A stretch of 64,000 nt of DNA from an uncultured Planctomycetales bacterium (GTDB lineage: Bacteria > Omnitrophota > Gorgyraeia > Gygaellales > Profunditerraquicolaceae), in the NCBI GenBank assembly GCA_964399915.1, contig CAYNRN010000003.1:2064-66063 (forward strand). Direction: 5' to 3'. The notes under the pieces were generated by a model. It saw nothing but the letters and a program-made list of their open reading frames with translations, made no database searches and was not told the DNA's origin. The translations under genes were made by a program, and so were the position numbers. Shown in pieces: positions 55,989 through 64,000 of this stretch. Positions within the stretch are counted from its first letter, which is position 1, and each line of letters begins with the position of its first letter.

Positions 55989-56441
55989 ATGCTTGAGGAA
56001 AAAATACTTAATGATTATAAGGCGGCAATGAAAGCCAAAGACGCCTTGGCGACTTCAGTTTTAAGCTTCCTGCGCGCGGAGATGATTAACACGGCGATTG
56101 CCAAAAAGAAGAAACAGCTTGATGACCCCGAAGTTGTTTCCGTGATCAGAAAACAGATAAAGGCCCGCCAGGACGCAATCCTGCAATTTGAAAAGGGCAA
56201 TCGCCAGGACCTTGCCCAAAAGGAGGCTTCTGAGATAGAATTGCTTAAGAAATATCTCCCCGCAGAAATAACGCCTGAAGAGATAAAAAAGATGATTGAA
56301 GAGGCGGTTATTGCCTGCGCTGCCTCCGGCATTAAGGATATGGGCAGGGTGATGAAAGAGCTTGGCAGCAAAGTCGCAGGCCGCGCTGACGGCAAGCTGT
56401 TAAGCGATTTAGTCAGGGAAAGGCTCTCAAAAACCACCTGA
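55989..56441 (+). CDS. yqeY: GatB/YqeY domain protein
   Basis: 150-aa all-helical protein. LNDYKAAMKAKD...LSFLRAEM pattern of the YqeY family. Confidence 0.7.
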   Translation: MLEEKILNDYKAAMKAKDALATSVLSFLRAEMINTAIAKKKKQLDDPEVVSVIRKQIKARQDAILQFEKGNRQDLAQKEASEIELLKKYLPAEITPEEIKKMIEEAVIACAASGIKDMGRVMKELGSKVAGRADGKLLSDLVRERLSKTT

Positions 56442-56493
56442 TTTCTTCTTGACAGGGCAGCCAAATTATAGTATTTTATTGTATCTTTTACTT

Positions 56494-56545
56494 TTCAGGA
56501 AATATCGTATCTTTACGATCTAAATCCCTCCTGAAATCGTATTCC
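56494..56545 (+). promoter_or_regulatory. Direct repeat GGAAATATCGTAT / TGAAAT-CGTAT plus ATCGTA-N4-TACGAT palindrome between a TTGACA promoter (56449) and the hydrogenase operon start
   Basis: tcaGGAAATATCGTATctttACGATctaaatccctccTGAAATCGTATtcc. Confidence 0.4.
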
Positions 56546-56555
56546 CTTTTAAGAA

Positions 56556-57602
56556 ATGCTCAAAACTTATTATTGCGAATCCGCCCAACTCAAGACTTTC
56601 TATAACCTCTTAATAAAGAGTTTCCGCGTATTTTCGCCCGCCCCCAAAGAGTCCGTAAAAGGAGAAAAAGATTATTATTACCGCTTGGCCTCAGGCGAAG
56701 AGGAGCTTGTCTTTAACCCCTACAGGGTAGTTGAGCCGCTGAAATCGTTTTTTACCGCCCCCTTAGAAAAAGTAACGGATTATTTTACCCCCCAGGAAGA
56801 TGCCTCCCGGATAAATGAGAGAACAATCATCTTCGGGGTAAAGAGCTGCGATCTCCACGGCCATAAAATCCAGGATTATGTTTTTCTTGAAGGCGTGGAG
56901 GTAGATTCTTTATACGCCTTACGCAGGGAAAACACAATCCTCATCTCTTCCGATTGCACAGATTATAAGCAAGTCTGCCATTGCCTTGCCTGGTCGGTAA
57001 TGCCTTATCCCACGGAGGGATTTGATCTAAACCTAAGCCCCCTCAACGACGGATTCCTGGTTGATCTGGGTAGCTCCAAAGGGGAAGAGCTAATTGAGAA
57101 ATATAAAGAATTCTTTATGCTTGCTAAAGACAGCCAGATAGCCGCGCGCAAGGTCAAGCGACAGAATCTGGTAGAATGCCTCAAGAGGCACCTTTTGCCT
57201 CAAGGCCTGGTGGCGCAGGATAAAGCCCAGGAGGTCGTACGTTCGGGCTTTAGTTCCGAGACATGGAAAAAGTTTATGCTTACCTGCGTTGAGTGCGGAG
57301 GGTGTAACCTGATTTGCGACACCTGCCATTGTTTTCTGCTTGGCGACGCAAAGGCAGGCAATATAAACAAGAAGCTCAGGGTTTGGGATTCGTGTCTTTA
57401 CGCTAATTATGCCCGGGTTGCAGGAGGCGCAAACCCATTAAAAACCAGGGCGCAGCGTTTAAGGAACCGCTTTATCAAGAAGTTTGATTTTTTCGTGGAT
57501 AATATGGGTATTCCTGCCTGTTGCGGATGCGGCAGGTGTATCGAAGTCTGCCCGGGCAAGATCGATATCAGGGAAGTTTTGAAGGATTTAGCCAAGAAAT
57601 GA
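56556..57602 (+). CDS. Fe-S subunit resembling anaerobic sulfite reductase AsrA / sulfhydrogenase beta (HydB)
   Basis: Cys clusters CVECGGCNLICDTCHCF and CCGCGRCIEVCP. 348 aa, matching AsrA/HydB size. Confidence 0.6.
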   Translation: MLKTYYCESAQLKTFYNLLIKSFRVFSPAPKESVKGEKDYYYRLASGEEELVFNPYRVVEPLKSFFTAPLEKVTDYFTPQEDASRINERTIIFGVKSCDLHGHKIQDYVFLEGVEVDSLYALRRENTILISSDCTDYKQVCHCLAWSVMPYPTEGFDLNLSPLNDGFLVDLGSSKGEELIEKYKEFFMLAKDSQIAARKVKRQNLVECLKRHLLPQGLVAQDKAQEVVRSGFSSETWKKFMLTCVECGGCNLICDTCHCFLLGDAKAGNINKKLRVWDSCLYANYARVAGGANPLKTRAQRLRNRFIKKFDFFVDNMGIPACCGCGRCIEVCPGKIDIREVLKDLAKK

Positions 57603-57603
57603 A

Positions 57604-57649
57604 CCCTGTTACAAATATGTAGCGGGGGAAGGAAGGATTTGTAACGGGG
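57604..57649. repeat. Inverted repeat CCCTGTTACAAAT-N20-ATTTGTAACGGGG, copy 2 (1 mismatch between arms), ending at the start codon of the next gene
   Basis: Same arm sequence and exact 20-nt spacer as 3537-3582. Confidence 0.8.
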
Positions 57650-58464
57650 TGAAAAATATCTACCGGCCGATAGAGGGGACAATCGAAGAGATCATTGTCG
57701 AATCGCCGACAATAAAGACCTTCGTGATCAGGCCGAAGGAGGGTTTTTCCTTCAGGACCGGCCAGTTCGTAGAACTTACGCTCCCCGGCTTAGGCGAAGC
57801 GCCGTTTACCCCTTCGTCCGATCCCAATATCAAGGATAAGATTGATGTGACAATCATGAAGGCCGGGCATGTCACCTCGCTATTACACGCTGCCTCAAAG
57901 AATATCTCAGTAGGAATCCGCGGGCCCTACGGTAAGGGCTATCCTCTGGAGAGTTTCCAGGGTAAGGACATCTTAATCGTAGGCGGCGGAGTGGGGTTAG
58001 CGCCCCTGCGCTCTCTATTATTCAGCCTGTTTGCTACTATCGACCTTTATAATAAGGTAGTGCTGCGTTATGGTTCACGTTCGCCTGCGGATATAATCTA
58101 TAAAGGGGCTATCCCGCAATGGGGCAAAATGAAGAAAGTGGATGTGGTTACCTCGGTTGATGTGGGTTCGCCCGAATGGAAGGGGAACGTCGGTTTGGTC
58201 ACCACGATTTTAAACGACCTGCCGGTAGACCTAAAAAAAGCGGTAGCGATAGTCTGCGGCCCGCCGATTATGATGAAATTCGTGACCTTGAAGTTACTGG
58301 ATGTAGGTTTTAAGCCGAAGGATATATATCTTTCTATGGAGAAGAGTATGTCCTGCGGATTAGGTAAGTGCGGCCACTGCCGTATTGGCAAATATTACAT
58401 CTGTAAAGACGGCCCGGTGTTTACTTACGAGCAGTTGAAGGATGTGCACGATATCTGGGATTGA
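57649..58464 (+). CDS. FAD/NAD(P)H-binding [2Fe-2S] subunit resembling AsrB / sulfhydrogenase gamma (HydG) / PyrK
   Basis: FNR-like N-terminus (TGQFVEL), NAD-binding ILIVGGGVGLAPL, C-terminal CGLGKCGHCRIGKYYICKDGPVF 2Fe-2S motif. GTG start. Confidence 0.65.
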   Translation: MKNIYRPIEGTIEEIIVESPTIKTFVIRPKEGFSFRTGQFVELTLPGLGEAPFTPSSDPNIKDKIDVTIMKAGHVTSLLHAASKNISVGIRGPYGKGYPLESFQGKDILIVGGGVGLAPLRSLLFSLFATIDLYNKVVLRYGSRSPADIIYKGAIPQWGKMKKVDVVTSVDVGSPEWKGNVGLVTTILNDLPVDLKKAVAIVCGPPIMMKFVTLKLLDVGFKPKDIYLSMEKSMSCGLGKCGHCRIGKYYICKDGPVFTYEQLKDVHDIWD

Positions 58465-58958
58465 TGAAAAGACTATTCGTTGACCTCGACGTCTGTAACA
58501 GTTGTAAAGAATGCGTGGTACTTTGCGATTATTTTTACCATCCGCAGAACAACGGCATTGCTTCGCTTCGGGAATATGCCACCTTTGCGACGATTTGCCG
58601 CCATTGCGACGAGGCGCCCTGCGTCAACGCCTGCTATCATAATGCCCTGGAGCGAGCCGCAGACGGACACCTTAAGAGGTATAAGATGCGTTGCACCAGC
58701 TGTAAGGCCTGCAGCCTGGCTTGTCCGTTCGGTATAATCTTCCAAGATTTCATACCTTATCTTGACTCGCGCTGCGATTATTGCATAGGTTCAAAAGGCA
58801 GGCTTCCTAAATGCGTAACCAGCTGTACGCACAAAGCGGTTGAAATAAGGGAAGTAGAAGAGAGCTTAGAGAATAATATCTTTTTTGTGGGAGAACATCT
58901 GGCAGTACATTCGCGTAAGTGGTTGCGCGAAGATCTACAGCTGCCCAGAAAGAAGTAG
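58461..58958 (+). CDS. Poly-[4Fe-4S] ferredoxin (EchF/HycB/NuoI-like)
   Basis: Motifs CNSCKECVVLC, CRHCDEAPCVNAC, CTSCKACSLACP plus an extra CDYC...C..C cluster. Confidence 0.65.
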   Translation: MMKRLFVDLDVCNSCKECVVLCDYFYHPQNNGIASLREYATFATICRHCDEAPCVNACYHNALERAADGHLKRYKMRCTSCKACSLACPFGIIFQDFIPYLDSRCDYCIGSKGRLPKCVTSCTHKAVEIREVEESLENNIFFVGEHLAVHSRKWLREDLQLPRKK

Positions 58959-59023
58959 CCAGGGATGAGTAGTGGGTATTGAGGGCGGCCCTAACCCCTC
59001 ACTACTGGCTACTCACTACTAAC

Positions 59024-59938
59024 ATGTTGAAATCATTTTTTTATTATTTTATATTTCCCGGTTTCCTCTTTGCCGCCTCTGTCGGCTTAATCGCCGGCTG
59101 GGTTGACAGAAAGGTCACCGCGCGGCTGCAGTGGCGTAAAGGCCCGCCATGGCATCAGAATTTTACTGATATTGTCAAGTTAATAGGCAAGGAAGTAATC
59201 GTGCCTGCCAACGGCAGGTGGGTATTTTTACTTGCCCCTTTTATCGGGTTACTGGCTGCTTCTCTTGTGGCTGCGCTAGTCGGGGTCTCTATAATTCATC
59301 CTCAGCAGAGTTTTGTCGGAGACTTGATCGTAGTGCTCTACCTTTTAACCATTCCGGCGATATCCATGATTATTGCCGCCTCGAGCTGCGGTAATCCGCT
59401 TGCTTCCGTAGGCGCTTCCCGGGAGATAAAGCTAGTCTTAGGATATGAATTACCTTTTATAATTTCTATAGTGGCGATGGCCATTAAATCATCCGGCGCC
59501 ATCCAGCTGGGTTCAATTCTTAATATCCAGGCTGCTTATGGTTCAAACATAGCCTCCTGGTCGGGATTCTTCGCCTTTATAGTTGTCATTTTCTGTATTC
59601 AGGCGAAACTTGGGTTTGTCCCCTTTGACGCTTCCGAGGCGGAGCAGGAGATTGTCGGAGGCGTTTTGATAGACTATTCCGGAGTACTGCTTGCGTTATT
59701 CAAGCTTACCAAGGCAGTGCTTCTATATACGCTGCCGCTCTTTATGATAATACTTTTCATGGGTAAAGATTTGAGCCTGTTGTTTCTGGCGCTTAAATAT
59801 ACGGGTATACTGGTAATCATTATCCTGATAAAAAATACCAATCCCCGATTGCGCATTGATCAGGCAATGAGGTTTTTCTGGGGGCCGGTAACGCTATTAG
59901 CGATAGCAGCATTAATACTGGCGTCAATTGGACTATAA
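59024..59938 (+). CDS. Membrane subunit of group-4 hydrogenase (NuoH/EchB/HycD family)
   Basis: NuoH-like pattern (RKVTARLQWRKGPP). 8 TM helices. Start taken at ATG 59024 (MLKSFFYY...); the ORF track extends to 58979 through an intergenic palindrome. Confidence 0.7.
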   Translation: MLKSFFYYFIFPGFLFAASVGLIAGWVDRKVTARLQWRKGPPWHQNFTDIVKLIGKEVIVPANGRWVFLLAPFIGLLAASLVAALVGVSIIHPQQSFVGDLIVVLYLLTIPAISMIIAASSCGNPLASVGASREIKLVLGYELPFIISIVAMAIKSSGAIQLGSILNIQAAYGSNIASWSGFFAFIVVIFCIQAKLGFVPFDASEAEQEIVGGVLIDYSGVLLALFKLTKAVLLYTLPLFMIILFMGKDLSLLFLALKYTGILVIIILIKNTNPRLRIDQAMRFFWGPVTLLAIAALILASIGL

Positions 59939-60010
59939 TATATAACCGCAGGTCAAGGTTAAGGTTGGGGTCGAGAAATAAAACCTAGACCTTGACCTAG
60001 GCCTTAGAAT

Positions 60011-60433
60011 ATGAATCTTACATCAAAAGCACTAACCAAATCAATCGGGGTATTCCACGCGGCCTGCTCTCCGTGCAATAACTGCGATATCGAGATACTG
60101 GATGCGCTCACCCCGAAACACGACCTTGAGCGGTTTGGGATTACCCTTGTGGGCAGCGCCCGCCATGCAGATGTGCTTTTAGTTACCGGTGTGCCGAACT
60201 ATAAAACCGCCGAGAGGCTGAAAAAACTTTATTTACAGACCGCAAAGCCGTGTCTGGTAGTTGCCGTCGGAGGCTGTGCCTGCGGGAGGATCATGTTCAG
60301 GGATTCATACAATAGCCCCTGCGCTGTTGACGAAATCGTGCCGGTAGACCTTTACATACCGGGTTGTCCGCCGAAGCCGGAGGCGTTGATTGCCGGAGTA
60401 GTGAAGTTACTCGCCAAGCTTAGAGGAAAATAA
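60011..60433 (+). CDS. [NiFe] hydrogenase small subunit (NuoB/EchC/HycG family)
   Basis: Proximal-cluster Cys (CSPCNNC, GGCACG, IPGCPPKPE). 140 aa. Confidence 0.75.
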   Translation: MNLTSKALTKSIGVFHAACSPCNNCDIEILDALTPKHDLERFGITLVGSARHADVLLVTGVPNYKTAERLKKLYLQTAKPCLVVAVGGCACGRIMFRDSYNSPCAVDEIVPVDLYIPGCPPKPEALIAGVVKLLAKLRGK

Positions 60434-60435
60434 AT

Positions 60436-60867
60436 ATGCAGGAAACAGTAGCGAAATTCCGGGAAAAATTCAGCAATCAGGTTATAAAGTCGCAAGAGAA
60501 ATCAACCCGCAGGCAGTATATAGAATTTTTACCACCGGATATTCCGGAGGCAGCGCGTTTTTTGTTCAAAGACCTCAATTGCCGTTTTGCCACTGCCAGC
60601 GGCATCGATACCCCCGAAGGAATAGAAATATTGTATCATTTCTCCGATGACCATACCGGAGAGGTGATCAGTCTGCGCACTATACTTACCGATAAAAAGG
60701 ACCCTCAGATACATTCCATCGCGACAATATTTCCGGCAGCGGAATGGATAGAGAGGGAAATCTGGGAATTGTTGGGAGTAAAATTTATCGGCCATCCCAA
60801 TTTGAAGCACCTGCTTTTAATTGACGATTGGCCGGAAGGAAAACACCCTTTGAGGAAGAAAGAATGA
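60436..60867 (+). CDS. NuoC/EchD-like hydrogenase subunit
   Basis: 143-aa NuoC-fold protein (IEILYHFSDDH...EREIWELLGVKFIGHPNL). Confidence 0.65.
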   Translation: MQETVAKFREKFSNQVIKSQEKSTRRQYIEFLPPDIPEAARFLFKDLNCRFATASGIDTPEGIEILYHFSDDHTGEVISLRTILTDKKDPQIHSIATIFPAAEWIEREIWELLGVKFIGHPNLKHLLLIDDWPEGKHPLRKKE

Positions 60868-62069
60868 GCCATAAAGTCATCGTACCCATAGGCCCGTACC
60901 ACCCTTTGCAGGAAGAGCCGGAATTTTTCCGCCTTTATGTGGAAGGGGAGAAGGTAGTTGATATTGATATCGTAATCGGATATATGCACCGCGGGATAGA
61001 GGAGCTTTCTGAGCATAAACACTTTGATCAGGTAGCTTTTTTAGTAGAGCGTATCTGCGGGATCTGTTCTTCGAGCCACCCCTATGCCTTTGTACTGGCA
61101 GTGGAAGATATTTTAGGAGGAGAGAGGAATGTCGTTCCGGAAAGGGCACTCTACATCCGCACCATAGTAGATGAGATGCAGCGTATCCACAGCCACCTGC
61201 TTTGGCTTGGGCTTGCGGGCCATTTTATCGGTTATAACACGGTATGGATGTGGGCATGGAAATACCGCGAGCCGCTGTTAGAGTGTTTTGAAGCGATCTG
61301 CGGCAACCGCAACCACTATGCGATGAGTAAGATCGGAGGCGTGCGCCGCGACATAGGAGAAGCGCATATACCGGTACTTGAAAAGACCTTAGATGAATTA
61401 AGCAGGGCAAGTGATATGTTCAAGGGCGCTGTGATGGATGACCCGGTGATTCAGGCGCGGCTTAAAGGCGTGGGGGTATTGACGCATAAGCAGGCAATTG
61501 ACTGGGGTACCGTAGGCCCTACTGCAAGGGCTTCCGGCGTAAACATCGACGTGCGCAGGGATGATCCTTACGGTGTTTACGACAGGGTAAGCTGGAATGT
61601 AATTTTACAGAAGGAAGGGGATGTCTTTGCCAAGACCATAGTCCGGATACTGGAGCTTTACGAATCGATCAGCATTATCCGCCAGTGCCTTAAAAAGATG
61701 CCTGCCGGAGCGATTGACGCCGATATTAAAGATATCCCTGCGGGAGAGGGGATAGGCAGGGTAGAGGCTCCGCGCGGAGAGTGCTTCCACTATATCAGGA
61801 GCGACGGCACAAACCGCCCGCTCAGGCATAAGATACGCGCCCCCAGCTACATGAACGTTGCTTCTAATAAAGTAGCGGCAATAGGCCAGACTATTTCCGA
61901 CACTACGATTACCTTAGCGGCAGTCGATCCCTGTTATTGCTGTACTGAGCGTGTAGCGGTATTGGATAAAGTCAACGATAAGAAGATCATGAACGGATGG
62001 GACCTGATTAAATTATCGCAAGGCAAGACAAAGCAGGTCCGGGAGAGCTTAAGTGCAAAACCTGAATAA
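60864..62069 (+). CDS. [NiFe] hydrogenase large subunit, group-4 type (EchE/NuoD-like)
   Basis: N-terminal Ni-Fe ligand motif RICGICSSSH (RxCGxCxxxH) and C-terminal DPCYCCTER (DPCxxCxxR). Start at ATG 60864 (RBS GAGGAAG, overlaps the upstream stop as ATGA); the ORF track's longer start is 60828. Confidence 0.8.
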   Translation: MSHKVIVPIGPYHPLQEEPEFFRLYVEGEKVVDIDIVIGYMHRGIEELSEHKHFDQVAFLVERICGICSSSHPYAFVLAVEDILGGERNVVPERALYIRTIVDEMQRIHSHLLWLGLAGHFIGYNTVWMWAWKYREPLLECFEAICGNRNHYAMSKIGGVRRDIGEAHIPVLEKTLDELSRASDMFKGAVMDDPVIQARLKGVGVLTHKQAIDWGTVGPTARASGVNIDVRRDDPYGVYDRVSWNVILQKEGDVFAKTIVRILELYESISIIRQCLKKMPAGAIDADIKDIPAGEGIGRVEAPRGECFHYIRSDGTNRPLRHKIRAPSYMNVASNKVAAIGQTISDTTITLAAVDPCYCCTERVAVLDKVNDKKIMNGWDLIKLSQGKTKQVRESLSAKPE

Positions 62070-62670
62070 TATAAAATCAGAGATTGTCGGCATGGCAAAG
62101 ATCGCGCTGGAGATGTGGAGGATAACCTTTCAATCCTTCATGGAGCATGACCCGGAACTCTTCCCGCAGATTACCGAAAGGGAGAATAAGCTCAATGACC
62201 TGGAAAAGAGCCTGACTCAGCAGCTGGTGGAACTGAGCAAGGCCACAAAGGATAAGGCCGAAAAAGAAAATATCGCGCTTTTTACGGGAATAGTCGGCGA
62301 TATTGAGCTGATCGGAGATTACTGCAAGGATATCCTTGAACGGATAGAGATCAAGGTTCAGGAAAAGCTGCTCTTTAGCGAAGACGCAGTAGCCGAATAT
62401 AAAGAATTGTACCAGAAAACAGCGGATGCCCTTGAGGAAGTAGTGCGTGCGCTTGAAAAGGGGCGCCTTACTTTGGCAAAAGAGATAGTCAGGGAATCCG
62501 CGGATATAGAGCGGCTCGTCGAACATTACCGTAAGCATCATAATCAGAGGCTGCTTGAAGGTATCTGCAGTCCGTTTGCCTGTAATATGTTTTTAAACAT
62601 GATAGATTTTACCGCGGCTATCTACTTCCATACTAAGAAGATAGCAGAGAATTTGACCAGGATAAAATAA
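62053..62670 (+). CDS. PhoU-domain-like protein embedded in the hydrogenase operon
   Basis: 205-aa all-helical protein with PhoU-like repeats (…DIELIGDYCKDILERI…). Overlaps the large-subunit 3' end by 17 nt. Confidence 0.4.
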   Translation: MQNLNNIKSEIVGMAKIALEMWRITFQSFMEHDPELFPQITERENKLNDLEKSLTQQLVELSKATKDKAEKENIALFTGIVGDIELIGDYCKDILERIEIKVQEKLLFSEDAVAEYKELYQKTADALEEVVRALEKGRLTLAKEIVRESADIERLVEHYRKHHNQRLLEGICSPFACNMFLNMIDFTAAIYFHTKKIAENLTRIK

Positions 62671-64000
62671 TGAATTATATGTTTTCGGCTATAGCGATTC
62701 CGCTTCTGGGGGCTTTTCTGATTATCCTGCTGCCCGGGAGGATTAAGGCTTATGCTTCGGTATCGGCTTTAGGTTTGAGCTGTTTTTTCAGCGTGCTTGC
62801 CGCCGTAAGCGTGCTTAAGCTAAAGGTATTCGTTTCCGAAAGATACATCACAGACTGGCTGAGCATATCTTTTGCCGCAGACGGTACGGCGGTTTTCATG
62901 GCGATAGTTTCATCGTTTGTAGCGTTTTTAATCTCTCTCTATTCCCTGGAGTACATGAAGGATTACGAAAACAGGGGAGAGTTCTATTTCTGGATGGTTT
63001 TATTCGTAGGCTCGATGATGGGGTTGATCTTCAGCGCCAACCTTATGCTCTTATACTGTTTCTGGGAGATTACCGCAGTCTGTTCTTGGAGGCTGATCGG
63101 GTTCTACAGGAAAGAAAAGGACCTTAAAGCGGCAGACAGGGCGTTTATGATTACCTTTTTCGGGGCATCGCTTTTGCTGGTGGGGATAGTTTTAACTTAC
63201 CTTAATTATTCAAGCACCGACATGTTTTTCTTAAGAGATAAGGCGCTGGTGAATACGGTCGCCTTTTTATTTTTAGCGGGGATAATCTCTAAGTCAGCGC
63301 AATTGCCGCTGCAGACCTGGCTTCCCGATGCCGGTGTCGCCCCGACGCCGGTTACCGCGCTTTTACACGCTGCAGTCCTGGTCAAAATCGGGGTTTATGT
63401 CTTTGCCCGGCTTTTTAACCTCACCTTTATTGCCTCTCCTTTATTTATGAACACCGCAATTTTTATCTCGGTATCCACGATAATCGTGGCAGGGGCTTGT
63501 GCCTTGATAGAGAATAATCTGAAAAAAATCCTGGCGTATTCTACGATCAGCCAGCTGGGCTATATCCTGCTTGCTTTGTCTTTAAACTCGGCGCTTTCCC
63601 TTAAGATCGCCCTGCTTTATATCCTGGCGCATTCTTTAGCTAAAGCCGGGCTGTTTCTTTGCGCCGGCATAGTTGAACACGAAAGCGGCACTAAGGATAT
63701 CAACGAGCTGGGAGGCCTGGCTAAGACCATGCCCCTTACTGCAACAGCCTTTCTTTTATCGGCTTTTTCTATCGTCGGAATCCCTCCTTTTTTAGGATTT
63801 TGGCCGAAGTTTATGGTAGTGGTTACGGCGCTGACAACCGGACATGCCATCGCCGGCGTATTTGCGATAATCGGGGCGCTCTTTACGCTGCTCTATCTTT
63901 TTAGGTTATTTGATAAGGTATTTTTAGGCGGTCAAAAGATCAGCGCCCGTGAAGGCAAAAACTCATTGATGGTATTAGTGGTGATGATTCTTGGCGTCCT
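62670..64000 (+). CDS. NuoL/NuoM/MrpD-family antiporter-like membrane subunit (EchA-like); 3' partial, runs off the window
   Basis: ATG 62670 overlaps the upstream TAA (TAATG). Motifs WLPDAGVAPTPVTALLHAAVLVKIGVY and ILAYSTISQLGYI are typical of NuoL/M/N. Not in the ORF track because no stop falls inside the window. Confidence 0.75.
   Translation, partial: MNYMFSAIAIPLLGAFLIILLPGRIKAYASVSALGLSCFFSVLAAVSVLKLKVFVSERYITDWLSISFAADGTAVFMAIVSSFVAFLISLYSLEYMKDYENRGEFYFWMVLFVGSMMGLIFSANLMLLYCFWEITAVCSWRLIGFYRKEKDLKAADRAFMITFFGASLLLVGIVLTYLNYSSTDMFFLRDKALVNTVAFLFLAGIISKSAQLPLQTWLPDAGVAPTPVTALLHAAVLVKIGVYVFARLFNLTFIASPLFMNTAIFISVSTIIVAGACALIENNLKKILAYSTISQLGYILLALSLNSALSLKIALLYILAHSLAKAGLFLCAGIVEHESGTKDINELGGLAKTMPLTATAFLLSAFSIVGIPPFLGFWPKFMVVVTALTTGHAIAGVFAIIGALFTLLYLFRLFDKVFLGGQKISAREGKNSLMVLVVMILGV

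Noticed and set aside
1-64000. Mobile elements, prophage, restriction-modification or other defence systems
   Set aside because: No transposase, integrase, phage structural, Cas, methyltransferase/restriction or abortive-infection-like proteins were recognisable. The repeats found are short regulatory-scale elements rather than IS/MITE termini with target-site duplications.

Overview
This is a 64-kb chromosomal segment with compact, mostly co-directional operons. About 75 protein-coding genes lie on the + strand; only rpsT and a CDF transporter are on the minus strand. Many genes have overlapping stop/start codons (ATGA, TAATG). I found no rRNA, tRNA, CRISPR array, transposase or integrase. 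The gene content points to an anaerobic, diderm (outer-membrane/LPS-bearing) bacterium, probably from a poorly studied lineage. The diderm evidence is lptE-like, lnt, lpxL-family, TonB-dependent receptor, BamD/YbgF-like TPR protein and a CsgG-like lipoprotein. The anaerobe evidence is rubredoxin, flavodiiron protein, superoxide reductase, rubrerythrin and an Ech-type [NiFe] hydrogenase. Housekeeping genes are murJ, uvrC, prfB (with its classical programmed +1 frameshift, which the ORF track splits), secA, lnt, pilT, feoAB, zupT-like, bioY, birA, mnmA, nadA, uppP and thiM/thiE.

Four loci stand out. (1) An Rrf2-regulated oxygen/ROS-detoxification island (30.6-37.0 kb). (2) A CymR-like Rrf2 + cysK + Nfu + DUF39/NIL-ferredoxin (sulfide-dependent homocysteine biosynthesis) + LarE-like PP-loop ATPase + NifS sulfur-trafficking cluster (43.1-48.4 kb). 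(3) Dual trehalose synthesis (otsAB plus a TreT-like GT4) flanking an unknown 223-aa protein. (4) The most unusual: an operon fusing a sulfhydrogenase-type NAD(P)H diaphorase module (AsrA/HydB-like and AsrB/HydG-like) to an Ech-type membrane-bound group-4 [NiFe] hydrogenase, with a PhoU-like gene inserted before the antiporter-like subunit (56.5-64.0 kb, runs off the window).

Several unexplained non-coding sequence elements are also reported. A 13-bp-arm inverted repeat with an exact 20-nt spacer occurs twice, each time immediately upstream of a start codon. There is an inverted array of GTAACT hexamers, and a perfect 33-bp palindrome preceded by two strong hairpins.
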